A stretch of DNA of 64,000 nt from Klebsormidium nitens (Eukaryota; Plantae; Klebsormidiophyceae). The position numbers and the translations under genes were made by a program. The DNA is taken from contig DF237157.1 of assembly GCA_000708835.1 (NCBI GenBank), positions 78,489-142,488 on the forward strand. The letters are read 5' to 3'. This document shows positions 61,562 to 64,000 of the stretch, one piece after another; position 1 is the first letter of the stretch; every line of letters begins with the position of its first letter. The notes under the pieces were generated by a model. The model saw nothing but the letters and a program-made list of their open reading frames with translations. It did no database searches and was not told the DNA's origin.

Positions 61562-63070
61562 ATGGCTTCCATACACTTTGTGCCCAGCAAAGTTCGGCGC
61601 CGCCGCCTCGAAGAGACTGCGCAGGCAGTTCCTTTTTCAAAAAAGAAGCAGCCCTTTGCCAAAGTTCCTAAACCCCTCCTGAAGCCCGCCCCACCATCAA
61701 ACTTCTTCGACAATCTCCCGGACCCTCTGATACTCGAGATCCTGTCGCTCGTGCGAAAAGCAGAAGACGTCGCCCTCTTCTCTGCCACTTGCAGACGCTT
61801 CCACCAGCTTTCCGACGCTGTCTCGCACCTGCATTTCCTGGGGGGAAAGGGTCAGGGGCGGGGTTTGGGAGCGTTTGAACTTCTGGTCTCGGAACGGGTG
61901 GTTCGGGCAACCGACCTCCGGTGCCTAAAAGTGGAGACTCGGTGGACCGTCAGCGATCTGAGCTTCTTCTTCTGGGTATCTCACGTGAAGGACACGCTGC
62001 AGAAGCTGCAGCTCACGGAAACTAGATTGGGGGAGAACCTGGCGGACAGGCTCCGGACGGCCTCCAAGTGTCCGAAACTCACGGCGCTGGAGCTCCTGAC
62101 GTCGTCGGACGACTCGTACGTGCGGCTCGAGCCGGGGTTCCAAGCGGGGTGCGCGCGGTATAGAAAGCTGGTCAAGCTAACCCTGGAGCACGTCATCATG
62201 AGCGACCCAGTTCTAGAGTCGCTCCTGAAACTGTGCCCGGTTCTCAAAGAGTTGGAGCTCACGGGGGTCTTTGGGTTGCAGTCGCCGAGCATCGTGGGGG
62301 AGAAACTAGAGCGGCTGAAACTGATGCGCGCGGTTCCGACAGTTCCCTCGAGCGAGTTGCCGGGGGCGCTGACGCTGCAAGCGCCCGCACTCCAAGGGTT
62401 AGCGATGTCGCGTTTCACGCAGCTTCGGTTCGTGGGCACCTCGACGGCGCTGTACGACCTCGATCTGCTTGACTGCGAAAAGATCGACATTTGCGGCGAC
62501 CCGAGCCTGGGCAACGTGCAGTTTCTGAGCGTCAGGAGCTCGGAGTACCGAGGGCCACGTTATCTTTGGATGTGGGAGTGGCTAAGCACCAGTCTGCTGC
62601 GGAAGTGTCCGAACCTGTGGGAGCTGATGCTTGACATGGAAATCGAGACGCCACTGAACGGGACGTGCCCGTGGGCGGTGCTAGCGTCGCTCGGGGACTT
62701 GCACGAACTGGTTCTGCGGGAGACGGCCATCGAGTTCGTCTGCGAGCATTGGGAAAGGGCGGTAGAGACGCGGCAGGCTTGTCTTCCGAACCTGCGAGTG
62801 TTAGTGGTGAGCGCGGGGACCATGAGTCGCCGTCTCCTTACGTTTCTGGATTATGTCTTGCAGTCGGCGAAACTGCTCGAAGTGTTGACAGTAAGGGCCG
62901 AGTGGCACGAGGAAAGGTTGGAGGTGGATGCGGCGATCGATCCCCGGTACTTCAGCGATCTCTTCAAGTTGCAAAGAAGCTTTCCGAAAGTGAGCTTCAA
63001 CTTCGAGCTGCCGGGTTCGAGTCAGGGTAGCGTGGATCAGGAGGATTCGGAAAACTCAACACTTGGTTAA
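61562..63070 (+). CDS. Intronless F-box/LRR protein (502 aa)
   Basis: F-box FFDNLPDPLILEILSLVRKAEDVALFSATCRRF is followed by leucine-rich repeats (LVKLTLEHVIMSDPVLESLLKLCPVLKELEL). The N-terminus has a basic NLS-like KVRRRR. Confidence 0.9.
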   Translation: MASIHFVPSKVRRRRLEETAQAVPFSKKKQPFAKVPKPLLKPAPPSNFFDNLPDPLILEILSLVRKAEDVALFSATCRRFHQLSDAVSHLHFLGGKGQGRGLGAFELLVSERVVRATDLRCLKVETRWTVSDLSFFFWVSHVKDTLQKLQLTETRLGENLADRLRTASKCPKLTALELLTSSDDSYVRLEPGFQAGCARYRKLVKLTLEHVIMSDPVLESLLKLCPVLKELELTGVFGLQSPSIVGEKLERLKLMRAVPTVPSSELPGALTLQAPALQGLAMSRFTQLRFVGTSTALYDLDLLDCEKIDICGDPSLGNVQFLSVRSSEYRGPRYLWMWEWLSTSLLRKCPNLWELMLDMEIETPLNGTCPWAVLASLGDLHELVLRETAIEFVCEHWERAVETRQACLPNLRVLVVSAGTMSRRLLTFLDYVLQSAKLLEVLTVRAEWHEERLEVDAAIDPRYFSDLFKLQRSFPKVSFNFELPGSSQGSVDQEDSENSTLG

Positions 63071-63541
63071 TATGTGTCACAAACTTTGGAAGCATGCAGG
63101 GGTTTTCACACTGGCAGCCAACGCATGGCAATTGTGGGGTGGATATACGTCCGGTTTCCAGGCGGTGTTTGGAAATCATCACTGACCTGGACATTGAGCA
63201 TTGTATGATGATGCGCAAGGCATTATCAGTGCGCGAAGTTGGCGCCCCTGTCATGCATCGCATGCGCAAGATCCTCAAGGCAAGTTAAATGAGCTATTAG
63301 AGTGTTCAGTCGCTCGGCCAAGTTCGTGCTCATCCGTCCATGCTTATACTACACTATCGGACTTGACCGGACTTGAGTGCTTACGCGGGGCCGACTCGCA
63401 TAGTAGTATGGTTAAATGTTGATATACCGATCGTCCATGGCATGTGCTATGATATTGGCTGCATACGTATATGCATGTATACGTTGGAAACCTATACGAA
63501 CGAAGCATGCAGAGCTGTGGAAATTGTAGCTGTCCACAATT

Positions 63542-64000
63542 ATGGCTTCCCTTGCTTCAAATCCAGCCCTTGCAGGACCGTCCACTTCAGGCCCTTCCAC
63601 CTCAAGAGCATCGCGCGCCGCTGCCGAGCCAGGACCCATTGATTGGCGCCAGTGCCATCAGTGTCAGGGCCGCTTCAAGGGCCTTCGGGGCCTGACACAA
63701 CACAAGCGGTCATGCGACAAGCGAGAAGCACAGCGGCAGGAGCAGGCTGCCCTTGGTGCTGCCTCAGCTCGTCGTGGCGTGAGAGTTCCACCTGCCGCGG
63801 CGCACTAGTCTTGGATACGGAGTATTGATCTTGAGGCAGAGTTGTTGCCGCGTTCTGGTGCTCGTTATATGCTACTAGAACGCCCCGGATACCACATGCT
63901 GTTAGAGGAGATGTGGCTCGTGCGTTTACTCTCCCACTTCAGCGCATTCAGACCGTTCCACCTGATGAGGGCGGCTGGGCTCTTCTCCTCATGTTTCTTC
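63542..64000 (+). mobile_element. 5' end of a degenerate non-LTR retrotransposon ORF (zinc-finger-first type); runs off the window end
   Basis: CCHC-type finger CHQCQGRFKGLRGLTQHKRSC. After an in-frame TAG (63806-63808) the frame reads SWIRSIDLEAE. After a frameshift near 63885 it reads IPHAVRGDVARAFTLPLQRI...EGGWALLLMF, resembling the pre-RT region of restriction-like-endonuclease LINEs. Confidence 0.6.

Overview
Intron-rich eukaryotic nuclear DNA with GT-AG introns and no rRNA, tRNA or CRISPR features seen. A plastid transketolase, plant-type PB1, PLAC8, DUF716, F-box/LRR and LRR ectodomains occur alongside an alpha-kinase and a true TPMT. This mix suggests a streptophyte green alga, Klebsormidium-like (inference). 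Gene models were built by hand from splice sites and codon phase: transketolase (-, truncated by the window start), N-acylated vWA + alpha-kinase (+), coiled-coil protein (+), orphan 3-TM protein (+), TPMT (-), disrupted LRR receptor fused to an XK-related scramblase-like domain (+), dCMP deaminase (-), a large CKAP2-like protein with a C-terminal Tudor domain (+), PB1 protein (+), PLAC8 (-), DUF716/TMEM45 (-), F-box/LRR (+) and the 5' end of a decayed non-LTR retrotransposon. Two observations stand out. (1) At least five of the multi-exon genes carry 'exon-boundary echoes': tandem, decaying copies of a splice site plus 20-130 nt of the adjacent exon, stacked inside the neighbouring intron, often at about 110-215 nt spacing. 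Several keep intact splice signals and would act as alternative last exons or poison exons. (2) An extracellular LRR array is fused to an XK/Xkr8-like membrane domain. All homology calls are from motif recognition by eye; no database searches were run.
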